The position numbers and the translations under genes were made by a program. Positions 37,173 to 45,362 of a DNA stretch of 48,595 bases are shown one piece after another (the first letter of the stretch is position 1; every line of letters starts with the position of its first letter). Origin of the DNA: Pirellulales bacterium (GTDB taxonomy: Bacteria; Planctomycetota; Planctomycetia; Pirellulales; DASRSE01); the NCBI GenBank assembly GCA_035656655.1, contig DASRSE010000125.1, forward strand, positions 1 to 48,595, in the 5' to 3' direction. Under the pieces are notes generated by a model, which was not told the origin of the DNA, did not search any database, and saw only the letters and a program-made list of their open reading frames with translations.

Positions 37173-38786
37173 TCAATTCAGCGGCACGGCCTGCAGCGCT
37201 TTCTTGAGCGAATCCAAGGCGACCGGCTTGACGAGGTGCTGCGCAAACCCGGCGTCTTGGGTCCGGCGGCGGTCTTCCGGCTGACCATAGCCGCTGAGCG
37301 CGATTAAATGGACCTGAGCAAAGTCGGGATCGACGCGCAGCCGCCGCGCAAACTCGTACCCATCCATCTCGCCGGGCAGTCCCAGATCGGAGATAATCAC
37401 TTCCGGGTGCAGTTCCTTGGCGAGTTCATAGCCGCTTTTGCCGTCGTAGGCGACTTCGACCGCGTGGCCAAACAACGTCAGCAGCAATTGCATGCTTTTG
37501 GCCGTATCGCGATTGTCTTCGACGACGAGAATCCGCAATTTGCGCTCGACTTTGCCCGGCGAGCGCTGCGCGCTCTTATGGGGAATCGTCGAATTTTCCG
37601 CCAGCGGCAAGAGCACGATGAACTCGGAGCCTTGGCCTGGGCCGGCGCTTTCGGCGACAATCGAGCCGCCATGCAAATCAACCAGTCCGCGGGCCAGAGC
37701 CAAGCCGAGACCGAGGCCGCCGCGGGCTCGGTCGATCGTTTGTTCGGCCTGATTGAAGGGAATGAACAGTTGCTCCTTAACGTCGGCCTCCATGCCAATG
37801 CCGGTGTCTTTGACGCTGATACGCGCGGTCGCGCCCTCGGGCAAAGAGGCGACCTGGACGCTGACCGCGCCTTGCCGCGGCGTAAATTTGCCGGCGTTGT
37901 GCAATAGGTTGCCGATAACCTGGGCCAGACGCGTGCGATCTCCTTGCAAGAAGAGCGGATGATCGGGCAAATTCAGATCGAGTTTGATGCCGGCGCTCGA
38001 GAGCGCAGGGCGGTAGTCTTCGACCGTTTGCCGCACGATTTCGACCAAGTCCTCGCGCTGCGTGCGGAGATTCACCTTGCCGCGCGCAATCCGCGCGACG
38101 TCGAGCAAATCGTCGATCAGCCGCGCCATGTGGGCGATTTGCCGCGAAATGATTTCGCGGGCGTTGTTCAATTTGACATCGAAGCCGGCCGTGAGCCGCA
38201 GGATTTCCACGGCGTTTTGCACCGGCGCGAGGGGATTGCGCAGCTCATGCGCCAGCATCGCCAAAAAAGCATCCTTGCGACGGTCGGCCTCTTGCAGGGC
38301 GCGGGCGTATTGGCGGCTTTCCTCCAGCAGCCGCGCGTTCTCGGCCGTCGCCGCCCGCAATTCATCGCGCTGCAGCGCCACCTCTTGCCGCTGGCGATAT
38401 AAATCGAAGAAGACCTTGGCCTTGCTTTTGAGGATGTCGGGCTCGATCGGCTTGTGCAAAAAATCGACCGCGCCGGCCTCATACCCTTTGAAGCGCCGAG
38501 CGCGATCGGCCGTCCCGGCCGTGATAAAAATGATCGGCACGTGCTTCGTCCGCTCGGTGCCGCGCATGAGTTCGGCCAGTTCGAAGCCATCCATGCTGGG
38601 CATTTGCACATCCACGAGCGCCAAGGCGACATCATGTTTAAGCAACAACTCGAGCGCTTCGCGGCCGGAATTCGCCTTCAGCAGCGTCAAACCGGGCTGG
38701 CGGAGCAGGCCATCCAGCGCGAGCAGATTCTCCGGCAGGTCGTCGACCAGGAGAAAGTAGACCGGCGCGTTCGAGACAGCAATCAT
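37173..38786 (-). CDS. Hybrid histidine kinase / response regulator (REC-HisKA-HATPase-REC)
   Basis: 537 aa from the ATG at 38784-38786. N-terminal receiver (LVDVQMPSMDG), H-box LAHELRNPLAP, G-box GGLGLGLAL, C-terminal receiver (IISDLGLPGEMDG). ATGA overlap with the cheB stop. Confidence 0.88.
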   Translation of the reverse strand: MIAVSNAPVYFLLVDDLPENLLALDGLLRQPGLTLLKANSGREALELLLKHDVALALVDVQMPSMDGFELAELMRGTERTKHVPIIFITAGTADRARRFKGYEAGAVDFLHKPIEPDILKSKAKVFFDLYRQRQEVALQRDELRAATAENARLLEESRQYARALQEADRRKDAFLAMLAHELRNPLAPVQNAVEILRLTAGFDVKLNNAREIISRQIAHMARLIDDLLDVARIARGKVNLRTQREDLVEIVRQTVEDYRPALSSAGIKLDLNLPDHPLFLQGDRTRLAQVIGNLLHNAGKFTPRQGAVSVQVASLPEGATARISVKDTGIGMEADVKEQLFIPFNQAEQTIDRARGGLGLGLALARGLVDLHGGSIVAESAGPGQGSEFIVLLPLAENSTIPHKSAQRSPGKVERKLRILVVEDNRDTAKSMQLLLTLFGHAVEVAYDGKSGYELAKELHPEVIISDLGLPGEMDGYEFARRLRVDPDFAQVHLIALSGYGQPEDRRRTQDAGFAQHLVKPVALDSLKKALQAVPLN

Positions 38787-39376
38787 GAACAAGCGACCTC
38801 CTGCAAAAAGCCCGCAATTTCTCCCAGCGGCAAAACCCGCGCGCTGGGGCATGCGGCCAAGGCCGCCTCCGGCATGCCGGGAGCGTAAGCGGATTGCGGA
38901 GCTTGCACCAAAGCCAAGCCCCCCTCCGCTTGCACCTTGCGCAAGCCCGCCGCGCCGTCCTGGTTGGCGCCGGTCAGTACGACGCCGATCAGGCCGGCGC
39001 CGTAAGCGTCCGCGGCCGACTCGAACAAGACATCGACCGATGGCCGAGAGTAGTTGACGGCCTCCTCGCTGGACAACGACAACCGGTAATCGTCTTCGAC
39101 GAGCAAATGATAATCGGGCGGAGCAAAGTAAACCGTGCCGCGGACGATCGGTTCTTTGTCCTCGGCTTCTTTCACGCGGAGGTCGCACTTCGCCTGGAGC
39201 AGTTCGGCCATGAGACTATCTTTATGAGGACTGAGATGGATGACAACCAGTATCGGCAAGGGAAACTCCGGCGGCAAACTTGGCAAAATCGTCGACAGCG
39301 CTTCAAGCCCGCCAGCCGAGGTGCCGATGGCGACGGCGGCCGGCGGAATCGTCCTCCGAGGGACTCCGAGGTTCAT
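38783..39376 (-). CDS. cheB: Protein-glutamate methylesterase CheB, catalytic domain only (no receiver)
   Basis: 197 aa. Motifs GTSAGG (Ser nucleophile), VIHLSPH and PSVDVLFESAA. Confidence 0.88.
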   Translation of the reverse strand: MNLGVPRRTIPPAAVAIGTSAGGLEALSTILPSLPPEFPLPILVVIHLSPHKDSLMAELLQAKCDLRVKEAEDKEPIVRGTVYFAPPDYHLLVEDDYRLSLSSEEAVNYSRPSVDVLFESAADAYGAGLIGVVLTGANQDGAAGLRKVQAEGGLALVQAPQSAYAPGMPEAALAACPSARVLPLGEIAGFLQEVACS

Positions 39377-40200
39377 CAGTTCACTCGCTTTTGATAGATC
39401 CGCGACTCACGCGCAAATTCAGTGAAATCGGCGGCCGAACTCGTGAACCGCAGACTTTCCTTGGAACCCAAGCCGAGAAATCCTTGCCGATCGAGGGCGT
39501 CTTTGAACAGGCCAATCGCTCGATTTTGCAACTCGCGATCGAAATAGATCAATACGTTCCGACACGAGATCAACTGAACTTCCGCGAATACCGAATCGGT
39601 CACCAGACTATGATCGGAAATAACGACCCGTTGACGCAAGCTTTTGTCAAAGACCGCGGCGCCGTAGCCGGTCGAATAATAATCGGAGAGCGACGATTTG
39701 CCCCCCGCCAAGCGATGGTTCTCCGTGAATTGTTGCATGCGATCGAGTTCGTACACGCCGGCCTGCGCCCGTTCGAGCGCCTTCGGATTGATGTCGGTCG
39801 CATAAAAGATGGTCCGTTGCTCCAGCCCTTCTTCGCGAAACAAGATGACGAGCGAGTAGAGTTCTTCGCCGGCGCTGCAGCCGGCCACCCAGACCTTCAG
39901 CGACGGATACGTTCGTAAATAAGGAATCACTTGTTCGCGAATCGCCTTGAAATAGCTCGGGTCGCGAAATAATTCGCTGACCTGCACGGTCAGAAAGGAC
40001 AACAATTCGGGCAGGACGGCGGAGTCATGCAGAACTTGATCTTGCAATTGCGAGTAATTGGAACAATCAAAGCGGCGCAGCGCGTGCCGCAGCCGCCGCC
40101 GCAACGAAGCGAATGAGTAGCCCCGAAAATCGTAGTGAAACTGTTGATAGATCGCCTCCAGCAGCAGCCGAATCTCGAGTTCTTCCGTCTTGTCGCTCAT
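39376..40200 (-). CDS. cheR: Protein-glutamate O-methyltransferase CheR
   Basis: 274 aa. CheR N-terminal helical domain plus the SAM fold VWVAGCSAGEELYSL. Its stop overlaps the cheB start by 1 nt. Confidence 0.9.
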   Translation of the reverse strand: MSDKTEELEIRLLLEAIYQQFHYDFRGYSFASLRRRLRHALRRFDCSNYSQLQDQVLHDSAVLPELLSFLTVQVSELFRDPSYFKAIREQVIPYLRTYPSLKVWVAGCSAGEELYSLVILFREEGLEQRTIFYATDINPKALERAQAGVYELDRMQQFTENHRLAGGKSSLSDYYSTGYGAAVFDKSLRQRVVISDHSLVTDSVFAEVQLISCRNVLIYFDRELQNRAIGLFKDALDRQGFLGLGSKESLRFTSSAADFTEFARESRIYQKRVN

Positions 40201-40212
40201 GGCAACGCGTTT

Positions 40213-43200
40213 CTAACGAGGCATCCACACCCGCACCAGCGACAACAGCTTTTCCACGTCCAGCGGCTTCGGCATGTAGTCGTTGGCGCCGGCGGCCAGA
40301 CAGGTCTCTTGGTCGTCCTTCATCGCCTTGGCCGTCAGCATGATGATTGCCAGCTTCTTAAACTCCGGCTGAGCGCGAATTTTGCGGATCGCGGTGATCC
40401 CGTCCATCACCGGCATCATCACGTCCATCAGCACCAGATCGATCCGCTTGGCCGGGTCGGTCAGCGAATCGCGGAGCGCGTCCAAGGCCTCTTGGCCATT
40501 GCGGGCAATCTGGATGAGCGCTCCCCTGGGCTCCAGCAAACTCGTGATGGCGAATACGTTGCGCACGTCGTCTTCGACCACCAAGATGCGGCGGTCTTCG
40601 ATGGCGGCGTCGCGGCTGCGAGCCCGCTCGAGCATGCGCTGCTGTTCGGCGGGCAACTCGGCCACGACCTGATGCAGAAACAGCGTCACCTCGTCGAGCA
40701 ACCGCTCCGGCGACTTGGCTCCTTTGATAATGATCGATTTCGAATACTTGCGGAGCCGCTGTTCCTCATCCGCCGAAAGCTCGCGGCCAGTGTAGACAAT
40801 CACCGGCGGAAAGGCATACATCTCCTCGCGGCCGAGGATCTCGAGCAGGTTGTAGCCTGACGCATCGGGCAACGTTAGATCCAACACCATGCAGTCGTAC
40901 GTGGTTTCGCGCAGCCGCTGCAAGCATTCGACGGCAGTCCGCGCGCCGACCGTTTCCACGTCGTGGGAAGCCAGCAGTTTGCATAAGGCGTCCAACTGGA
41001 CGGGATCGTCCTCGACGACCAGTACGCGGCGCATCCGCTGCGCGAAATGCGACTCGAGTTGCTTGAGCGCCCCCTCCAACTCCTCACGCTTCACCGGCTT
41101 CAGCAAATAGCCAATCGCGCCCAGCGATAAGGCCGTTTCCGCGTTGTCGCTCGCGGACACGACGTGCACCGGAATATGACGCGTGCGCCGGTCGTGCTTG
41201 AGCCGGTCGAGCACTAGCAGGCCCGAATTGTCCGGCAAGCCGACATCGAGAATCACCGCGCTCGGGAGATACTGCGTCGCGATGGCGATTCCTTCTTCCG
41301 CGGTCGAGGCGAGCAAACATTGGAAATTGAGTTCGTGCGCCAGATCGTACAAAATGCGCGAAAAGGGCTCGTCGTCCTCGACAATCAGAATCACGCGACC
41401 ATTGCCGCTGAGCCGTTCGCGATCGTCGTCGACGCGGCTCAGTCGGCCGGCGCTCTTGCTCGGCCGAGCAACCCCTTTTTCTCCGGCCAGCCGCGGCGCC
41501 AGCGGCGCGTCGCCCTCGGCCCTGGGTCGATCAGGCGGCGAGACTCGGATCCGATCTTGATCGTTTGAACGCAAAATGGTCGCGTCGTAGACTTCGGGGA
41601 CGGTCACCGTGAAGGTGCTGCCGCGTCCCACCGTGCTTTCCAAATGCAAATCGCCGCCCAGCAGACGCGTCAATTGGCGCGAAATCGACAAGCCCAGCCC
41701 GGTCCCGCCAAACCGGCGGTTCGTCGTTCCTTCGACTTGCTGAAAGGCTTCGAAGACGATCCCTTGCTTGTCCTCGGGAATGCCGATGCCGGTGTCTCGA
41801 ACCGAGAAGTTGACACGCTGATCCTCGGCGGTGCGGACCGAGATCTCCACTTCGCCTTGCTCGGTGAACTTGATGGCGTTCGAGAGCAAGTTCTTGAGGA
41901 TTTGCTCTAAGCGCTGCGGGTCCGTCGTAATCTCTTGGGGCGCTTGTCCGTCGATGACCGTCTTGAGTTCCAAGCCGCGTTGATCGGCCAGCGGCTGAAA
42001 CGTCCGCGCGAGGCTCTCGAGCAGCCGCGAAATGGAAACGCTCTCCGGCCGGACCTCCATGTGGCCGGCTTCAATCTTGGAAAGGTCGAGGATGTCGTTG
42101 ATCAGCGCCAGCAAATCGTTCCCGGCGCTTTGAATGGTTTGCGCATACTGGACTTGTTCGGCCGATAAATTGCCGTTGGGATTGTCCGCTAGCAGCTTGG
42201 CCAAAATCAAGGAGGAGTTGAGCGGGGTGCGCAATTCGTGCGACATGTTCGCCAGAAAGTCGGACTTGTATTGGCTGGCCTGTTCCAGCCGCCGCGTTTG
42301 GGATTCGAGCGAACGATTGCTCCGATCGACTTCGTCTTTTTGCAACTCGAGGAGTTGTGCTTGTTCCTCAAGCTGTGCGTTGGTTTGCTCCAACTCGGCT
42401 TGTTGGTTCTCCAGCCGCGCTTGCGATTCGCGCAGCGCTCGGCTTTGCTCTTCCAATTCTTCATTGGATACGCGCAGCTCTTCGCCTTGCGTTTGCAGTT
42501 CTTCCGATTGCCGTTGGGTCTCTTCGAGGAAGTCCTGCAACTCCGTTCGATACTGAACCGCGCGAATCGCGACGCCGACGGCGTCTGAAACGCGCTCGAA
42601 CAACTCGGTCACCGCGGGAGTGAGCGGACGCAAGAAACCCAGTTCGATCACCGCGTTGGGCACCCCATCTTCGGCCACCGGCGCAATCAATAGGTGGCGC
42701 GGCTTACTGGAGCCGAGCGCCGAGCCAAAATGGAGATACCCCTCGGGCACGTCGTTGACGATAAACATCCGCCGATCCTTGATCGCCTGCCACAGCAGAC
42801 CGTCTCCCGGCGTGAGAGCTTCGGGCGTGCCGTTGGCCACGGGGACCCCGTACGTGGCGACGCGGCGATAACCCTTGTCATTGGCAAACAGGGCGCCGGC
42901 TTGGGCCCCGAGATATTCCGCCAACGTTTTGAGAACCCGTTCGCCGAGCGACTGCAATCCGGTGTCGCCAATCATGTTTTGGCTTAAGCGGATTTGGCCG
43001 GATTGAAGCCATTCCTCATGTGCCCGAGCGATGGAAGTGCGCCGCAGCAAGTACGCCACGACCAGCGACAACGCCACGCCAAGCACACCGGTTAACAGGT
43101 CGCTGGTCAAGGCCACGCTATACGACGCATCCATCTCCTTGACCCGCGCATCACGCGTGATCCGCTCCTCCTGACTCATCTCTTCGATTTCGTCGCGAAT

Positions 43201-43677
43201 GGCTTCCATGGTTAGCCGGCCTTGGTCCGTCAAGACGAACGCCTGGGCCGTCTCGAAACCCTCCTTCCGTCGGAGTTCGATCGACTTTTCGAGTTCCTTT
43301 AGTTTGTTTTCCAGGCGTGTGCGGAGCACGGGCAGATGCACCTGCTGCTTCACGTTCGCTTTCGTCAGCCGATCGACTTCCTCCAATCGTTCCTTGATTC
43401 GTGGGACGGCCATGTTGTACGGATCGAGATACCGATCCTCGCCCGTGATCACGTAGCCGCGCTGGCCCGTCTCGGCGTCCTTCGTATACGACAGAATATC
43501 GCTTAAGGCGGTGAGAACGCTATGCGTCTGCTGAACCAGCTCGCCATCGATGATCAGCGTGCGAGTGTTCAGGTACGAGACGAGTCCGCTGGCCACAAAA
43601 AAGGCGAGCATCGCTGCCAGCCCGAGAAACAGGCCGCTAGCCGTCTTGCGCGATTGAGATACCGGCTGCTCATTCAT
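40213..43677 (-). CDS. CHASE3-GAF hybrid sensor histidine kinase with three C-terminal receiver domains
   Basis: 1154 aa from the ATG at 43675-43677. A TM segment, a CHASE3-like periplasmic region (GQRGYVITGEDRYLDPY) and a second TM segment, then GAF and a long E/Q-rich coiled coil. H-box SHELRTPLN, G-box GTGLGLSI, and three REC domains (ILDVGLPDNSG, VLDLTLPDASG, LMDVMMPVMDG). Confidence 0.88.
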   Translation of the reverse strand: MNEQPVSQSRKTASGLFLGLAAMLAFFVASGLVSYLNTRTLIIDGELVQQTHSVLTALSDILSYTKDAETGQRGYVITGEDRYLDPYNMAVPRIKERLEEVDRLTKANVKQQVHLPVLRTRLENKLKELEKSIELRRKEGFETAQAFVLTDQGRLTMEAIRDEIEEMSQEERITRDARVKEMDASYSVALTSDLLTGVLGVALSLVVAYLLRRTSIARAHEEWLQSGQIRLSQNMIGDTGLQSLGERVLKTLAEYLGAQAGALFANDKGYRRVATYGVPVANGTPEALTPGDGLLWQAIKDRRMFIVNDVPEGYLHFGSALGSSKPRHLLIAPVAEDGVPNAVIELGFLRPLTPAVTELFERVSDAVGVAIRAVQYRTELQDFLEETQRQSEELQTQGEELRVSNEELEEQSRALRESQARLENQQAELEQTNAQLEEQAQLLELQKDEVDRSNRSLESQTRRLEQASQYKSDFLANMSHELRTPLNSSLILAKLLADNPNGNLSAEQVQYAQTIQSAGNDLLALINDILDLSKIEAGHMEVRPESVSISRLLESLARTFQPLADQRGLELKTVIDGQAPQEITTDPQRLEQILKNLLSNAIKFTEQGEVEISVRTAEDQRVNFSVRDTGIGIPEDKQGIVFEAFQQVEGTTNRRFGGTGLGLSISRQLTRLLGGDLHLESTVGRGSTFTVTVPEVYDATILRSNDQDRIRVSPPDRPRAEGDAPLAPRLAGEKGVARPSKSAGRLSRVDDDRERLSGNGRVILIVEDDEPFSRILYDLAHELNFQCLLASTAEEGIAIATQYLPSAVILDVGLPDNSGLLVLDRLKHDRRTRHIPVHVVSASDNAETALSLGAIGYLLKPVKREELEGALKQLESHFAQRMRRVLVVEDDPVQLDALCKLLASHDVETVGARTAVECLQRLRETTYDCMVLDLTLPDASGYNLLEILGREEMYAFPPVIVYTGRELSADEEQRLRKYSKSIIIKGAKSPERLLDEVTLFLHQVVAELPAEQQRMLERARSRDAAIEDRRILVVEDDVRNVFAITSLLEPRGALIQIARNGQEALDALRDSLTDPAKRIDLVLMDVMMPVMDGITAIRKIRAQPEFKKLAIIMLTAKAMKDDQETCLAAGANDYMPKPLDVEKLLSLVRVWMPR

Positions 43678-44260
43678 CTGCGATGGGGACCTGGCGGGAC
43701 CAGGCGACTTGTATTCGTGCGGTGGGGAAAAGCGAGGACAATCGGACTGGTCAGGCGGTAAAAAACGCGCAGCCGAAGGTTGCTCGACCGGCTGCATGGC
43801 ACGCGCGCCTACTCAAACCGGATCGCGCGGCCTCGTGAGTGTAACAAAGTTGCCGTGGTCTCAAAACAGGGCCATCGATTTGGCGAGAATGCTTCTGCTC
43901 AGTCCAGGGGAGGGACCGCTTTCGGTCCGGCTTGGCGATCGATCTTTATCATTTTTTTATTGCGAACCGTCAAACATCATGAACGTCGGTATTCCTCCCG
44001 CGGCATCAACCAGCGATCTTTGTAAGGCAAAAATTTCCGGCCGCTGGGCCGGCGTGCGAGCCGCGTCGCCCGCTCCGCTGATTGCGAAACGCTCAGACTG
44101 CGCGGCCACGGACCAAGCCGCCGCAAAGAGAGTGCGCCGCCCGGAAAAAAGAAGGAGTGTTGGAATCTTGCAAATCTGATACCATGAGTGAAAATGCAGC
44201 GCCTCGGTTGCGCTGGGCCTGTCTCCGCTCTGGCCTTAGATCCCTGGGGAATGGAGTCCA

Positions 44261-45322
44261 ATGGAACGCATGGAAGCTGTTCAACCTGCGAATTCTTCTT
44301 CGCTAGCGCCGCCCGTGCACGTGCTCTGGCTGAATGCCGGACTAAGTTGCGACGGCGATACGATCTCGATCACGGCGGCGACTCAGCCGAGCTTGGAAGA
44401 CCTCGTTCTCGGGCTGATTCCCGGCATACCCGTGCTGAATCTGCATCATCCGGTCTTGGCCTACGAAAATGGCAACGAGTTTTTAGAATCGTTTCGCCGC
44501 GCGGCGCGCGGCGAACTTGATCCATTTGTGCTCGTCGTCGAAGGTTCCATCCCTAATGAAACGATCAAGGCGGAGGGCTATTGGGCCGGTTTCGGGGCCG
44601 ACCCCTTGACGGGACAACCCATTCTGACTTGCCAATGGATCGATCGCCTCGCTCCTAAAGCTTGGGCGGTTGTCGCCATCGGCACCTGCGCCTCGTACGG
44701 CGGAATCCACGCGATGGCCGGCAACCCGACAGGCTGCATGGGCTTGCCCGACTATCTCGGCTGGACGTGGAAATCGGCGGCCGGCGTTCCGCTGGTTTGC
44801 GTGCCGGGCTGTCCCGTGCAGCCGGACAATTTCATGGAGACGCTGCTCTATTTGTTGCGGCAAGCGGGTGGAACTGCTCCGCCGATTCCGCTCGACGAGA
44901 AGTTGCGGCCGACTTGGCTATTTCAACAAACCTTGCACGAAGGATGCAACCGCGCAGGCTACTATGAGCAAGCCAATTTTGCGACCGAATATGGCGCCCC
45001 GCAGTGCATCGTAAAATTGGGATGCTGGGGTCCGGTCGTGCAGTGCAACGTCGGCAAGCGCGGCTGGATGAACGGAATTGGCGGCTGCGCCAGCGAAGGG
45101 GGCGTGTGCATCGGCTGTACGATGCCCGGCTTCCCCGACAAGTTCATGCCGTTTCTCGACGAGCCGCCGGGGGCGAAGTTGTCGACGACGGCGGTCGCCG
45201 TTTATGGCCGGACCGTCCGAGCGCTGCGCAGCTTTACGCAACACTCGATGAATCAAGAGCCGGTCTGGCGGCAGCGTTCCGCGGAGTTAACGACCGGCTA
45301 CACGTCGCCCTCCCAACCGTAG
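44261..45322 (+). CDS. hhyS: [NiFe]-hydrogenase small subunit, group 1h/5 (Hhy-type), copy 2
   Basis: 353 aa with no Tat signal. GLSCDGD, GTCASYGG and PGCPVQPDN are present, and all FeS Cys ligands of copy 1 are conserved. GGAG lies 5 nt upstream of the ATG at 44261. An alternative ATG is at 44270. Confidence 0.9.
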   Translation: MERMEAVQPANSSSLAPPVHVLWLNAGLSCDGDTISITAATQPSLEDLVLGLIPGIPVLNLHHPVLAYENGNEFLESFRRAARGELDPFVLVVEGSIPNETIKAEGYWAGFGADPLTGQPILTCQWIDRLAPKAWAVVAIGTCASYGGIHAMAGNPTGCMGLPDYLGWTWKSAAGVPLVCVPGCPVQPDNFMETLLYLLRQAGGTAPPIPLDEKLRPTWLFQQTLHEGCNRAGYYEQANFATEYGAPQCIVKLGCWGPVVQCNVGKRGWMNGIGGCASEGGVCIGCTMPGFPDKFMPFLDEPPGAKLSTTAVAVYGRTVRALRSFTQHSMNQEPVWRQRSAELTTGYTSPSQP

Positions 45323-45362
45323 CTTTCATTTTCTTCAAGCGCCTTCTCAGCCGCATTCCGCC

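Noticed and set aside
43793-43815. TGGCAC at about 43797 (catGGCACgcgcgcctac), and other TGGCAC hits inside genes, looked like possible additional sigma-54 promoters near hhyS2.
   Set aside because: None has a TTGC element at the required N5 spacing. Only the 14482-14497 site matches both halves.
44168-44176. The 7-mer TGCAAAT lies about 90 nt upstream of hhyS2, and its reverse complement ATTTGCA lies about 93 nt upstream of hhyS1 (near 23847-23853). This could be a common operator.
   Set aside because: A single 7-mer in opposite orientations is well within chance expectation for regions of about 400-600 bp. No extended conserved block is visible by eye.
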